64,000 bases of DNA, taken from contig OZ296651.1 in the NCBI GenBank assembly GCA_965655095.1, positions 10,912,001 through 10,976,000 of the forward strand, read 5' to 3'. Every line of letters starts with the position of its first letter. The first letter of the stretch is position 1. A program made the position numbers and the translations under genes. The notes under the pieces are model-generated. The model saw only the letters and a list, made by a program, of their open reading frames with translations. It searched no databases and was not told where the DNA came from. Positions 39,211 through 50,500 of this stretch are shown piece after piece. The stretch comes from Haplodiscus bocki. Taxonomy: Eukaryota.

Positions 39211-40104
39211 TCATCTGGTAGCGGGCGCTCCCGTCTCCAGTTCAACCTTCACTTCGTTATTGAAGAGCTTAAAGTTGCGTATTTTGAGCTTTTCTCTCGG
39301 TACACCTTCTTCTAGAAGTTCTCTTCGTTTTTTCAGACATAGACTCTCTTTAATAGCTTCATCTTTTGATAAGGCTTGTGAGATGAAAACATTTTGTGAT
39401 TTTAGCTCATTTCGTCTTCCCACACTTTTGGCTAACACCAATCGTACCTCGTGAGATGTGGCGAGTGTTACGAGTAGGGTGCGGGGTTTGGTTCTATCCT
39501 TGTTGAATTTTCCCAACCGTTTCATTTCAAATACTTGGGGGTTGAAGCCTAGGCACTTCAGCACTTCATTTACTTTCTCGTTTGTTCGGATGAGATTTTC
39601 GTTTCGTGATTTTTCCGGATCTTCGCTGATCCCTTGTATTCTAAAACTTCTTTCAGTGTTGTGCGTGTTTTCGATGACACTAGCTTTTGTTTCTGTTCCA
39701 GGAGGAATAGCTGCTTTTGTTGCGTTTTTGGCTGCGATAGTGGCATAGTTTTCTTCGACTTTTTGACAAGTTCGCGTGATGGGTTCTTGTACGTTTCGGT
39801 CTACTAACTTAGCTAGGTTGTTTTCAATCTTGTTCAGTTTCTCGTTTATATCAAGCTTTTCAAGTTTTTCTTCAATCTTCAAATCACATCTATTGCGGAT
39901 GAAATTGTCTCTCTCGTTGTTTTCGACACAAGTATTGCAAAGAAGCATTGCTAGTTGGCCGAGTTCTTTTATTCCGTTTATGGCGACCGTGCTTAGACCA
40001 GTACATGTCGGGTCTAGATGCATTTGGCAACCGCAAGCGACGCATTTGTAAGATTTTTCATTAGCATTGATGGTTCGTTTACAAGTCTTACAGGGACGAG
40101 ACAT
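39211..40104 (-). CDS. LINE ORF1 with PHD-type zinc finger, coiled coil and RRM/CTD-like domain
   Basis: CKTC..CVACGCQMH..CTGLS..LLCNTC (C4HC3-like), FRIQGISE, RLGK..KPRTLLV, VFISQAL. Confidence 0.85.
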   Translation of the reverse strand: MSRPCKTCKRTINANEKSYKCVACGCQMHLDPTCTGLSTVAINGIKELGQLAMLLCNTCVENNERDNFIRNRCDLKIEEKLEKLDINEKLNKIENNLAKLVDRNVQEPITRTCQKVEENYATIAAKNATKAAIPPGTETKASVIENTHNTERSFRIQGISEDPEKSRNENLIRTNEKVNEVLKCLGFNPQVFEMKRLGKFNKDRTKPRTLLVTLATSHEVRLVLAKSVGRRNELKSQNVFISQALSKDEAIKESLCLKKRRELLEEGVPREKLKIRNFKLFNNEVKVELETGAPATR

Positions 40105-41502
40105 TTCTGAAAACCACTCTAATCCTCGAAGCTCGTATTCAAACGGAGCCTGTCAGATCAAAGTGAATTCAAAAAATGGTTTGCAGCGAAAAACTCACAA
40201 GCTAGACTAGGCCGATTTTATTGCTTTATTTCGTGACTTCTTTGATGTTCTGGTATGTCGGTTTATCAGTTTTTGTAATTCGCAACCAAAGTTAAGAATA
40301 GTCTGCAGTAGATGAATCTCTAGGAAGGGTTTGATATGAAGCTTACGGTACTGGCTGGGAAGATCGCTCTGGAACTGAACTGACCTTCTCGACCAGTTGC
40401 TCGGGAGTAAGGGGGGTACGTTTGATTTGAGGATGACTGGTAATAGAGTTGTTGAGCACGTCGTGCCACAGAATGATACCTTCACCTCTGGGGACTGATC
40501 AAAGAATGTGACGAACCTGCTTTTCACGATCGGCTTGAGGGTTGAAGCTCAATCCAGTAGTTGCTTTGATTCGTCTGCCCAGTCTTCGTTTGATGTTTGA
40601 ATAGCGATCAATTGAATGGCTCAGACTGCTGGCTCCAATAAACACTACCATTTGGGAGCAACCACGGCTACCCCAGAATTCATTCAATAAACTGAAACTA
40701 TTTAATATTCCAAATATATCTTGGTTATTCCAAAAGACTTGGAGATTTCTTTCCCGATTGCGATCAGGTTTCCCACTCTCTAAGTTCCGTTGTTGCACTG
40801 TGTTTCAACTTTTTTTTCATTATCGCGAAGACTGTTCTAAAAGTGATATTTCAAGCTGTAGAACTTCCAGCTAAGACTTTTCCGTTGGCTGATTTCGTTA
40901 AAATATTAAACGGTCAATTGGCTCCAACGTTTTAACAGAATGCAATCCATTGATCGTGAAAAAATTTAAAGTTTGGGCTTCATTTTAAAGTTCATAAGCT
41001 ACTGACTGTGTTTTTGGAATTCGATTGTCACTGGCTATTGCGTAGAGATGTTTTCGGTAAGGCCTGCGTTTGATGGAAACAGACTTGCAATGAACTTAGT
41101 AAAGCTGAGACTTCGAGGCTGCTAACGTTGTTGGCCAATTGAAAATTACTTTATAATGGTTTTCTGCTGGAATGGAAATTTTGAAGAATACTTTATTTTT
41201 GTTTTGGTGAGGATTTACGATTTCCGTCGATGAGATTGTTTCCCTTGAGTCTACGTTAAAATGCTATCTTTTCCGTACTTATCTCTTCCTTTAAAACACT
41301 TTGAAATTGTAATTATGGGCATCACTGGAAAAACGAATGCAAATTTTGAGGTAGCTACATAAAAAATTGATTCATCAGAGACGAAGTTGTATTAGTTTGA
41401 TATAGTCAAATGATTTCCCTTCTCGAATTAGTATAAAAAGTATTTCAGCTCAAGTATTGGAATTGTAGAATCAAATTATAGCATATTGAGCTTCTCAGAT
41501 GA

Positions 41503-44500
41503 TCATGAATAGAAAGTTATAACGCTCTCTTGATTTCCTCGCATCAAAATAGTTGGTGGCAAGCCGTGTGACAGGGTTTCTAACCAACACATGTATTGGT
41601 AGTGACCTTGAACTATTTGTTTTGGGAGTGGAATGTTGACAATCACAATGCTTGCATCTGTCGAATACTCCCGAACCATTTGTCCAATCCGAACTTGTCG
41701 TTTAGTTATTCGCTTAATCTTCGCGCTTTCTCTGAGTTTCTTCGTAATAAATGGTGTCGGCTCGTCTTCGTCGCATTCCTCAGAAGTTGTCTCAAACTCA
41801 CTTTGCATGTTTTTATATGCTTCCCATTCGTTAGAGGAAGGACGGCTGTTCACTTCCGGGACCATTTTCAAGAATTGCACCTGAATGCGAAACTTCTGAA
41901 GCAACTGCATCATATTTGCGTATTCTTGCTCCTGTTTACTTTGAGATCCACTGAAACAGATGCATTGATTTGGACGTTCGAAAAATTTTTTCAAAGCAGC
42001 TGCATTCTAAACCATTCTTAGCGTCAGAGCAGATGTGAAAGTTCAAATCCAAATAGAGTTAGCTTCCGTGAGTACCAAGTCTCTCACGCAAAAAGATCAA
42101 TATCTCGTTAACATATATTTTGTGTTGCAAATTTCGGAATTGTGAATTTTCATGTCACTGTTTTGTTACATATTCTGTACTTTCACTCACCTCACAAAAA
42201 CACGCATTTGGCAATCACCCCATCTCCAGTTGAGAGAAATGAGATGTGGGATGAGAACAGTGAGTCCTCCGTCGTCATAGAGCCACCAAATATCGATGGT
42301 GCCCTTGCACTGTTTCACTCTGAAAATGTTCTCGGCCAAGTTGGCTCTCTCTGTGAATATGACTGTGTCCCTCCTACTAGCCAATCTCTTGAAAGATGAT
42401 GAATCACCACCGCTGACCGAAACTCCGTTCTCAGAGGTTTCCTAGCAAACGGTTGTTGCATGAATGACAGTTGAACTTATATTTCAAAATGAATTTGGTT
42501 TGTTTGAATGTTAGCATGCTTCTCCAACAGGCACAGCCGAACAAAACAGCTTGCAGTAGAATGATCCCACGATGCAAGCTGCGAATAAGTAAAAGCTTGT
42601 TTTTTGTTGGTCTTAACCAAAATGCTGGGTTTTTCGGGATTGTCTGAGCGAGCGGTGTATAATTTTTTGATGAACGTGAAATGACAGTTGTTCATACTAA
42701 CGCTGATTCTGATATGGTTTTCATCTGGGGCCCGGTAGATGCAAACAGCGCAATCGAAGTCAAATGCATCAAAAATGACAGCAACGTAATCCTCAACATC
42801 TTTGGGATGAGCAAATTTCCAATTTTCCTTGTACCCTGAAAAAACTTAAGTCAATTAAAAACAACCACAGCAATTTCACAGGAAATTTGTTCAGGTGTAA
42901 TGTCTCACCCATAAAGAGAACGTTAGGGCGAAATTTACCCAAACCAGAAATCTGCAGTAGGCTGGAAGCTCCTTGTCGGAAACTGGTGCTGAATAAGGGT
43001 GAATAGAAACTCTTGATTTTGTTTTGAGTCAACCATTTTCGAACATCCCGGAATTCGGCTACATTCTGCGCTGGATTTGTACGATCTATCAGGTTTCCAC
43101 AAATCATCAAGCTCGAATTCTTGGTCACGCAGCTCACTAAAATCATCTTCATTATTTTGAGTTTTTGCAACAACAACACGCCCGGCTGGCGCAGAAAGAT
43201 GTGCGCTCGCATACACATTTTTGTTCAAAAAACCCGTTCTACAACTAAGCGAAAGGAAATCAATTTTCGAAAAATTGCAGGAACATTAACAATTTCCATG
43301 GGTGATGAAATTTTTGCTGAAAAATCTGCGTGGATTTTACTCAAACAGACACTTCAAAACGAAATTACATGGAATTCCAGATTTGTTGTTCAGAGATGCG
43401 CTGATAGGAAATGATGCGAATTAGTGCATTCTATCGGGAATTTGGTATATTTTGCAAAAATTAATATTTTCATGCACAAAATAAAGAAAGAAAATCCAAC
43501 CACTTATTCTCTATTAAAAGTGGAATTTTTGTAGCTCTGAAAAACTCGATTTCTGTTCCGTATTGAAGACTTCAAGATTTTGAAAAAGCTGTTCCCCGGA
43601 AGAGGGAGGAAACTTTGGTGCAAACCAAGAAAAGTTATCTTACCCAGGGTTACAAGTGCTTGTCGATCCTGTGGGTTTCCCGTCAGAACTAGAATCTGAG
43701 GCCGGAAAGTGCGCACATGATCGGGAGTATTCTGCAGTTTCATGATTGACTGCAGAGTGCTGAGATAAGCGAAGGCTGAGGTTGAAGTTCCCCAGTTGAC
43801 TTCAGGCTCACGGAACAGCAGGTAGGCAAAAAGGGCGGCGATTACAAAGTAACTAATGAGGGCAGTCGTATAGTCGATGAGAAACATGATTGAGGAGCAG
43901 CTGATGAAGCCGAAAGCGGCCAGCCATTTGTTGTAGAATCGGAAGCTGGGTCGCCAACTTGGGGAGTTGCTGACGGATCCGATGAAGCAAGCGCCGTTGA
44001 TTAGGGCGTAACTGATGAGGAAGAAGTTTGAAATCAGGGGCGCTATGGCATTCAGTTCTCCGACGGCGACAAAAGCCAGACCTTAAATCATCACTTTCAA
44101 TCTATAGTATTCGATGCAAATACCAAACCACCGCTGCAGAATATTATTTTGTTGTGTTTCTCAAGATAGAATTTAATTTCCTGTTTCCAGGCACCATTCC
44201 GGAGAATATGAAAATATTTGATATGTAGCGAAGATTGAATCGCGACTGAGAATGGTTTGAAGAAAATGCATTTTGTTAATCTTGTTACCATTATCTCTAC
44301 TAACCAATAAAGAACGTAAGTATGTAACCCCTGCGAGGCTCGTCGTCTTTTTTGGAGCCCTTTCCGAGAAATCCCATATATGGGAAGAGTTTGTCATTGC
44401 AGACTGCCTGGAACACTTTTGGGGCTCCGACCAGACTAGCGATGGCACTAGAGAGGGAGGCAGCCACGATTCCTCCAATGAGGATGTAGTACGTAAAGGA

Positions 44501-47500
44501 CAGGGTCGGGGTGACTTGCCCTGTGATACTTTTCAGCCCATACGCATACACTTGTAGGTCTTCGTTCCATCCCGCATTTCGTAACATGCACGCCCCACAA
44601 GCTGCGCTGAAATAGTGAATGGACTTGATATAATATTTTGTGCCCTAATTAAATGAATTTTGTCCGCCATATTTCAATATTGGAGAAAATTCATCCTCTC
44701 ACCGCGGGCCTTTCTTTAACGTTTACTTGCCAATTGCGCCATTTTAAGCTTGAAAATTTCCTTGTGGCTAAATTGAAGCAAATTTGCCACAGAATGCGAA
44801 TGAAAGTTAATTTCTTTAGAACGTATGAAGGTAGTTTTTTTTGAAAAAGTTGGTATATTTTGGAATAAAAAGTCGATGTTTTTCAAAATTGGGAAAAGGT
44901 GGCGAATTGGCTGTAGAATGTTAATAGAATGATAAAATTTCCTTAAATGCTTTTTTCGACAATAATTTGTGGTTCTTTGGAATGAAAATTGGGAGAAAAT
45001 GTAAAAGTTGCTGTCGAAGGCTTATAAAATGGCATTTTTAGTGAAATTGTTCCTGACAGTTGGAAAGCGGAAAATATCCTGGTAGTAGCCGGGCCTCTTG
45101 TAACTTACCTCAAATTTAATGTGAATCTGGATCAGTCCGAAATTTGTAGTAAATTTGAAAAACCGTGTTTTAGCTGCTGAACTTCGTTCTAATTTCAGAC
45201 TGTATTGAAAAGCATCTTCAACTTTTCAATCAGCAGCATATCAACACAAGCACGAGTTCTGTTCAAAGACCCTGATGATCATTACGGGTGGTTGATTTCA
45301 GCAACGCGTCCCTTTGAGCTTTAAAACAATTTATTTGTAATCCGTATTGTAGTAATATTTGTTGCATTATTTCCTGACATTTCACATAGAAAGTGTTTGT
45401 TTCTTAAGATGGAAGGAACTACCGAAACGCTTCCAACTGAAGTTCATATCTGCAAACGTTTTTCCTAATTTAGCGTAAGTTTATAATGCAATATTTTGAC
45501 TTGGTCGATGATCGGATGCGTCTGTGCACTTTGAAGAAAAGATTTGTTTGAAGATGATTAAACTTCATCAGCTCTTGGACTCACAAATACGAATGAAATG
45601 CTTGTGCAAAAATGATGAAATGACATTCGAACCGCTTTAATTGAAAGTCATGGTTAATTGCTTTTCTGCTTGGTCTGATGACGAAGGCAGTGCAACTCAA
45701 CCAGAACGAGTTTCTGCTGCTTCGGATCGGCTGCGAAAGTTGATTGAACAGCATAGGAAAAAGAAATCAGAGCGTCAAATGTCTTCAAAAGTTGCATCCT
45801 CAGAAGTAGAAACAGAGAATCGTATATGCAAAAGTTCAGCGGCCGATTATGACGTCAAAAACGAATGGGAGTACGATGGGCTGTCACTTTCAGAAGACGA
45901 AACAAAAGGTGAAAATAGTTTTGTAGATTTCAGTGGCACAATAACTCCGCTTGTAAATTTTGACACAATGAAAAGTGTCAAAAGTATGGACTGGGTCTAC
46001 TCCCGACAGAAAAAAGAACATGTAGAAGATTGCGACTTCTGTCCGAGAATAATTTGCGCTGCATTGAACTCTAACACAGCAGTTAGACTTTGGATCGGGT
46101 TAGAAAACTGCAAAAACGAGTCCTCCAAACCTCAATGGGCCCCTTTGGATGCAGTGGAAATCAATTTCGGAGCTCTGTTTGGCAAGCTCTATTTGAGCGG
46201 CAAAGTCTCACCTAAACTACCCGAAGGCGTTGTTTCCATTCAAAATGTGATTCACAGCTCTAAAGAGTACGACGAGTTTTTGGAAATGAAAAAGTTATCG
46301 GAATTGTCTGTGAGTAATATTCACCAATTCTGTTTGGTAGCAAAAGTGTCAGTTTGTCCGAATGCTGAGTCTAACGTGACACTCTACAAGTTCGAACGGA
46401 AGATTTTTTTCTTGGATCACCTTAAGAAGCACCTGGTTTTCTTCAACAGTGGCAAAAATATGGCTGAGATAGGTCGTCATTTGGCCGAGAAGTCTGTGAA
46501 TTATTACCTGGACATGTTGTCCGGAGCGAGATGGGCCAGAGAAAGTTCCAAGAATTCGTTTCTATAATTACAAGTAATTGATATTTATTTTGGGATTTGT
46601 TTTACAATTTTAGTGCTTGATGAACATTTCGTCTTCAACTCCGTGGAGAACAATTGTCCGGTCATGGTCAAACATTCTCAAAATTGCTAAACTTCAGAAT
46701 CCACTTTTCAAATCGTTTACGTAAAATTATTCATTTTTCTATTCAACGTGGTACTTTTTGGGCTTCCTCTAAAACTTTTTTGCGCTGCTATTAATTTTCG
46801 ATTTTTTCGAAACCGAATGCATGCTATTTTTGCGATTCACCCATCTTATTTTTTCAGGTGTTGAAGCATGGATGATGTTTATCGGGGAGAATCTTGAACA
46901 TCGAAAGCAATGATGGCGGATTTGATGCACCCGAGAAGTGTGTTTCGAGAGAAACCGAACTTCTCGCTGCTTGCCGAAAAATATCCCGAATTCAAAAAAT
47001 TTTGCCAACTCAATATCAAAAACAAGATTGTCTATGACTTCAAAAACCGAGAAGCTATGAAAGTGTTAAGTGAGACGTTGCTATGGCACTACTTTGGGAT
47101 CCAAACTTGCATACCTGTCGATCGACTCATTCCAACTATCCCTCTACGTTTGAATTACATCTTGTGGGTCGAAGATCTAATCACTTTGCTGCCCGAGAAT
47201 GAAGTTGCTCTGAACTCAAATTCAGATCAGAAGAAACAAGTTCGAGGCATTGACATAGGTTGTGGTTCTTGTGCAGTCTACATGTTGCTGGGCGCTAAAA
47301 TCAAAAACTGGGACTTTTTAGGCCTTTGTTTTGAGTCGGACTTTGAAAACGTACAATCCTCAGTTGAGAATATTGACATGAATGATTTGAGCAATAAAAT
47401 TGAAGTTGAGAAGGTTGAAAACGGATATGCCTTATCAGATGTTTTAGACCCCAGCTCATCGTGGACATTCTGTTTGACGAACCCCCCGTTTTATGACTCA

Positions 47501-50500
47501 GAAGACGGTGCTGATCGTGTTGGCAAACAGCAGCCTGGTGTGAGCGAGTTGGCGACCCCTGGTGGAGAAACGACAGTTATTGGGACCTTGATTGATCACA
47601 GCTTAGTACTGAGAAGTCGAGTTCAGTGGTACACGGCCCTTGTTGGCATCAAAAAGAATTTGAGCATCTTGAAACAGAGGCTTTCTTGCTTGGAAGGGGT
47701 GAAACAGATAGAAACTACGGAATTTAGACAAGGAAAAACTTGGAGATGGGGCATTGCATGGACATTCTGTGAAAATGTTTCTCCAATGAGGAAAGATTTA
47801 ATCAAACAGAAAAGTCCAAGTGTTGCGAATCAGAAGAAAAACAAGCCAATCGAGTATTCACTTGCACTTTCAGACTTGAAAAATTGCCAAAGTTTGGAGA
47901 AGGATATTCATAAATTTCAGAAACTGGCCGCCTACTTGAAAGATGTGCTCGAAAATATTTCGGAGAGTTATTTGGAAACTGTTTCTGAAATTCCTTGTTG
48001 TGCGAAATTCAGATTCAATGCGAAAAAAGTGACGTGGCTCCATAGTCGAAGACAAAGACGAGCTATGAATTCAAAAACTCCTGAAAAAATGTCGATTTGT
48101 GAGAAATTTCCCGCATCTTTGAAGAGTCCCACGTCAAGTTCTGGGTTTGAATCAAGCTCTCAAACTGTATCGTTTTTGAAACGAAACCTTGACTGGGAGA
48201 ATGGACTGCAAGATGTACCCGAAGAAGATGGAGATTCTTCACTAAAGGAACCTGATCCGAAGTGCCCAAAACTTTTTGATCAGCGGTTCGATTTTAATGA
48301 CAACGAAGAAAGTTGTCACTCCAAAACGGATATAAACGGCGCTCATTTTCATTGCTGCGATGGTTTTGAAATGGACGCTTGTCCACGGGCTGCGCAAATG
48401 ATGGGAACCTCGATTCAATCTGGAGTGGGAACCGGAAACGGAGCTCGTGTTGAGGTTTCTGAACAAGAAATGCTGAGCGCAGATGTTTTGAACAGCTGCA
48501 TTGTTTTCAAAATGAGTAAACAGAACTTCACGATGACATTCACGAGTCCCATGCCTCAGCAACGCGAGAATTTGAACTCGCTAATGTTGCACCTGAAAGG
48601 TCTCACCGTCAAATGGGCTTCACAGACAGAAAGCCATGATTGATCCTTGATCAATCTTAATAGATACGTTTTGCAGAGTTTTATTTTTGAAATGAAAACA
48701 AACTCAATAAGTAGTGATTGTATTAGTTCAATTGAGTTAAAATTTATGTTCGGATGTTAATTTTCCTCGAAAGTGATTTGATTGAGGTTCAAACAACATA
48801 CCCGTGGAGCGCCAGGAAATCTTCCGCCGTCCAACTTTGTTAAAAATGCGTTTTTGAATGATTTAGCCTTTCCCACATCAGCATTGATACTTTTCCCTTA
48901 AATTGAAAATGCTTAGATTTTCGAATAAAAACCTAAATTTTGGTCAAAAATGCCATTCAAAGGAATTAGTACCATTTTATTCAAATTCTACGCCAAGTTT
49001 GCTACCTTTTGATGGTAAAAATTATGGGATTTAAAATCGTGGCAATTTGTGAAAACGTGCAATTCACAAGTATACGTAGAAAAGGCACGCAGCGAGTGCA
49101 TGATACTCCTTCAATGTCGAAATGTAGTGTACAATAAAAACGTTAATTAGTAGAACCAAGATGGGTTTTCTTGCGATTACATTTAACTAAACTTTGATAA
49201 ATTGAATTGATTTTTTTTGCTTTCATTCGTTTTCAGGTTTTTCTCAAACGTTTCTCCGTTGTTTAGTTGCTGTGTAAATTATGTTTGAAAAAGTAGAAAA
49301 ATGATTTTATTTCGACGTGTTCTTTGCATATACGTACCTGAGTATGATGTATATTGCAGTACTAATCATAATGGCTAGTAAAGTTCCTTTGGGGATAGCT
49401 TTCTCTGGCTCTTTGAGATTTCCGGAGATGTTAGCCCCGGCCAAGATTCCAGTTGCGGCAGGGAAAAATATTGCAAAGACTGAGAAAAAGTTGTTGCCCT
49501 CAGAGTAATTACTCCATAAGTTTTCCTTCACGGTTGTCATGTTGTACCCCGTGTACCCGTACTGACTCCTGTCACCTCTGATTGAGGGCACCGCAGACCC
49601 GATGAGAACGTCGAATATGGCGAAGATGAGTAAGACTAGTAAAGCGAGCTGCACTTTGATCACTAGTGAGAGACTGAGCAAAGCGATGACTAAGATGAAG
49701 ACACATGTGATGAATCCAATTATGCGAACATCCCACAAACCGTACTGTCCGTATTCCATCACTCCGTATTCAACTGAAGTAGAAAACATCAAATTTTCAT
49801 CATTTTCCGCGGAATTGTAAATTGGCAAAAAGAAGCAAATTTGCTGTAGAATGCGTGTAAAATGATGCTTCTTAAAATTGCATTATGTCAACTGGAAATT
49901 TGTTTTTGTCGAAGGCGAAAGATTTTATAGGTACGACGCCGACCTTTTTTCAGACAGGCCATAGCGGTATTTGACACTTCTGCCTCACATGCTGACTTGT
50001 TTCGCTTATTACTTGACTGAAGTACCAAGCAACAGAGGCATTAGTGTTGCTCGCAGTAATTCTTATAAAACATGGTGATAGAAGAGGTGTTAGTGCGCTA
50101 ATTAAGTTGGGATTTTGAATTTTAGGACAAATTTATCTTCGAAGAGCAATGTCGCCCATTTATCGATTGCTAATTTTTGGTTTCGGTTCAAATTATTTTC
50201 GATTAGTTTTAGCGACAGATATTTCAAAAGCTAGCTAACCAGGAGAGTCCAATCTGTCATCTAACATTTTTTTTGTAACGGATCGAATTTTTTTGCGAAG
50301 TAAACTTGAGAAATCCGGCCAATTTCTGGCTTTTTGAAAATACTTTGACAATTTTTTTTCAAATCCTGTGTCCAATCAAGTCGGTATTCAAACCCCCAAC
50401 CTATCCGTTGGTATAACAAAGAAAATCCAGTCTGTCAACTTTAGTTTTTAATTCGCTGTTCAAGGATTCTTCTGTCGGTTTTTTGCCAAAGGAACTTGGA

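Larger units (their letters stand above)
36297..40104 (-). mobile_element. Near-intact CR1-clade LINE; 5' UTR probably extends beyond 40104
   Basis: ORF1 39211-40104; ORF2 in a single frame 39210-36364 with only two internal TAA stops; 3' hairpin and (CAA)n tail (gtt repeats at 36297-36320). Confidence 0.92.
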
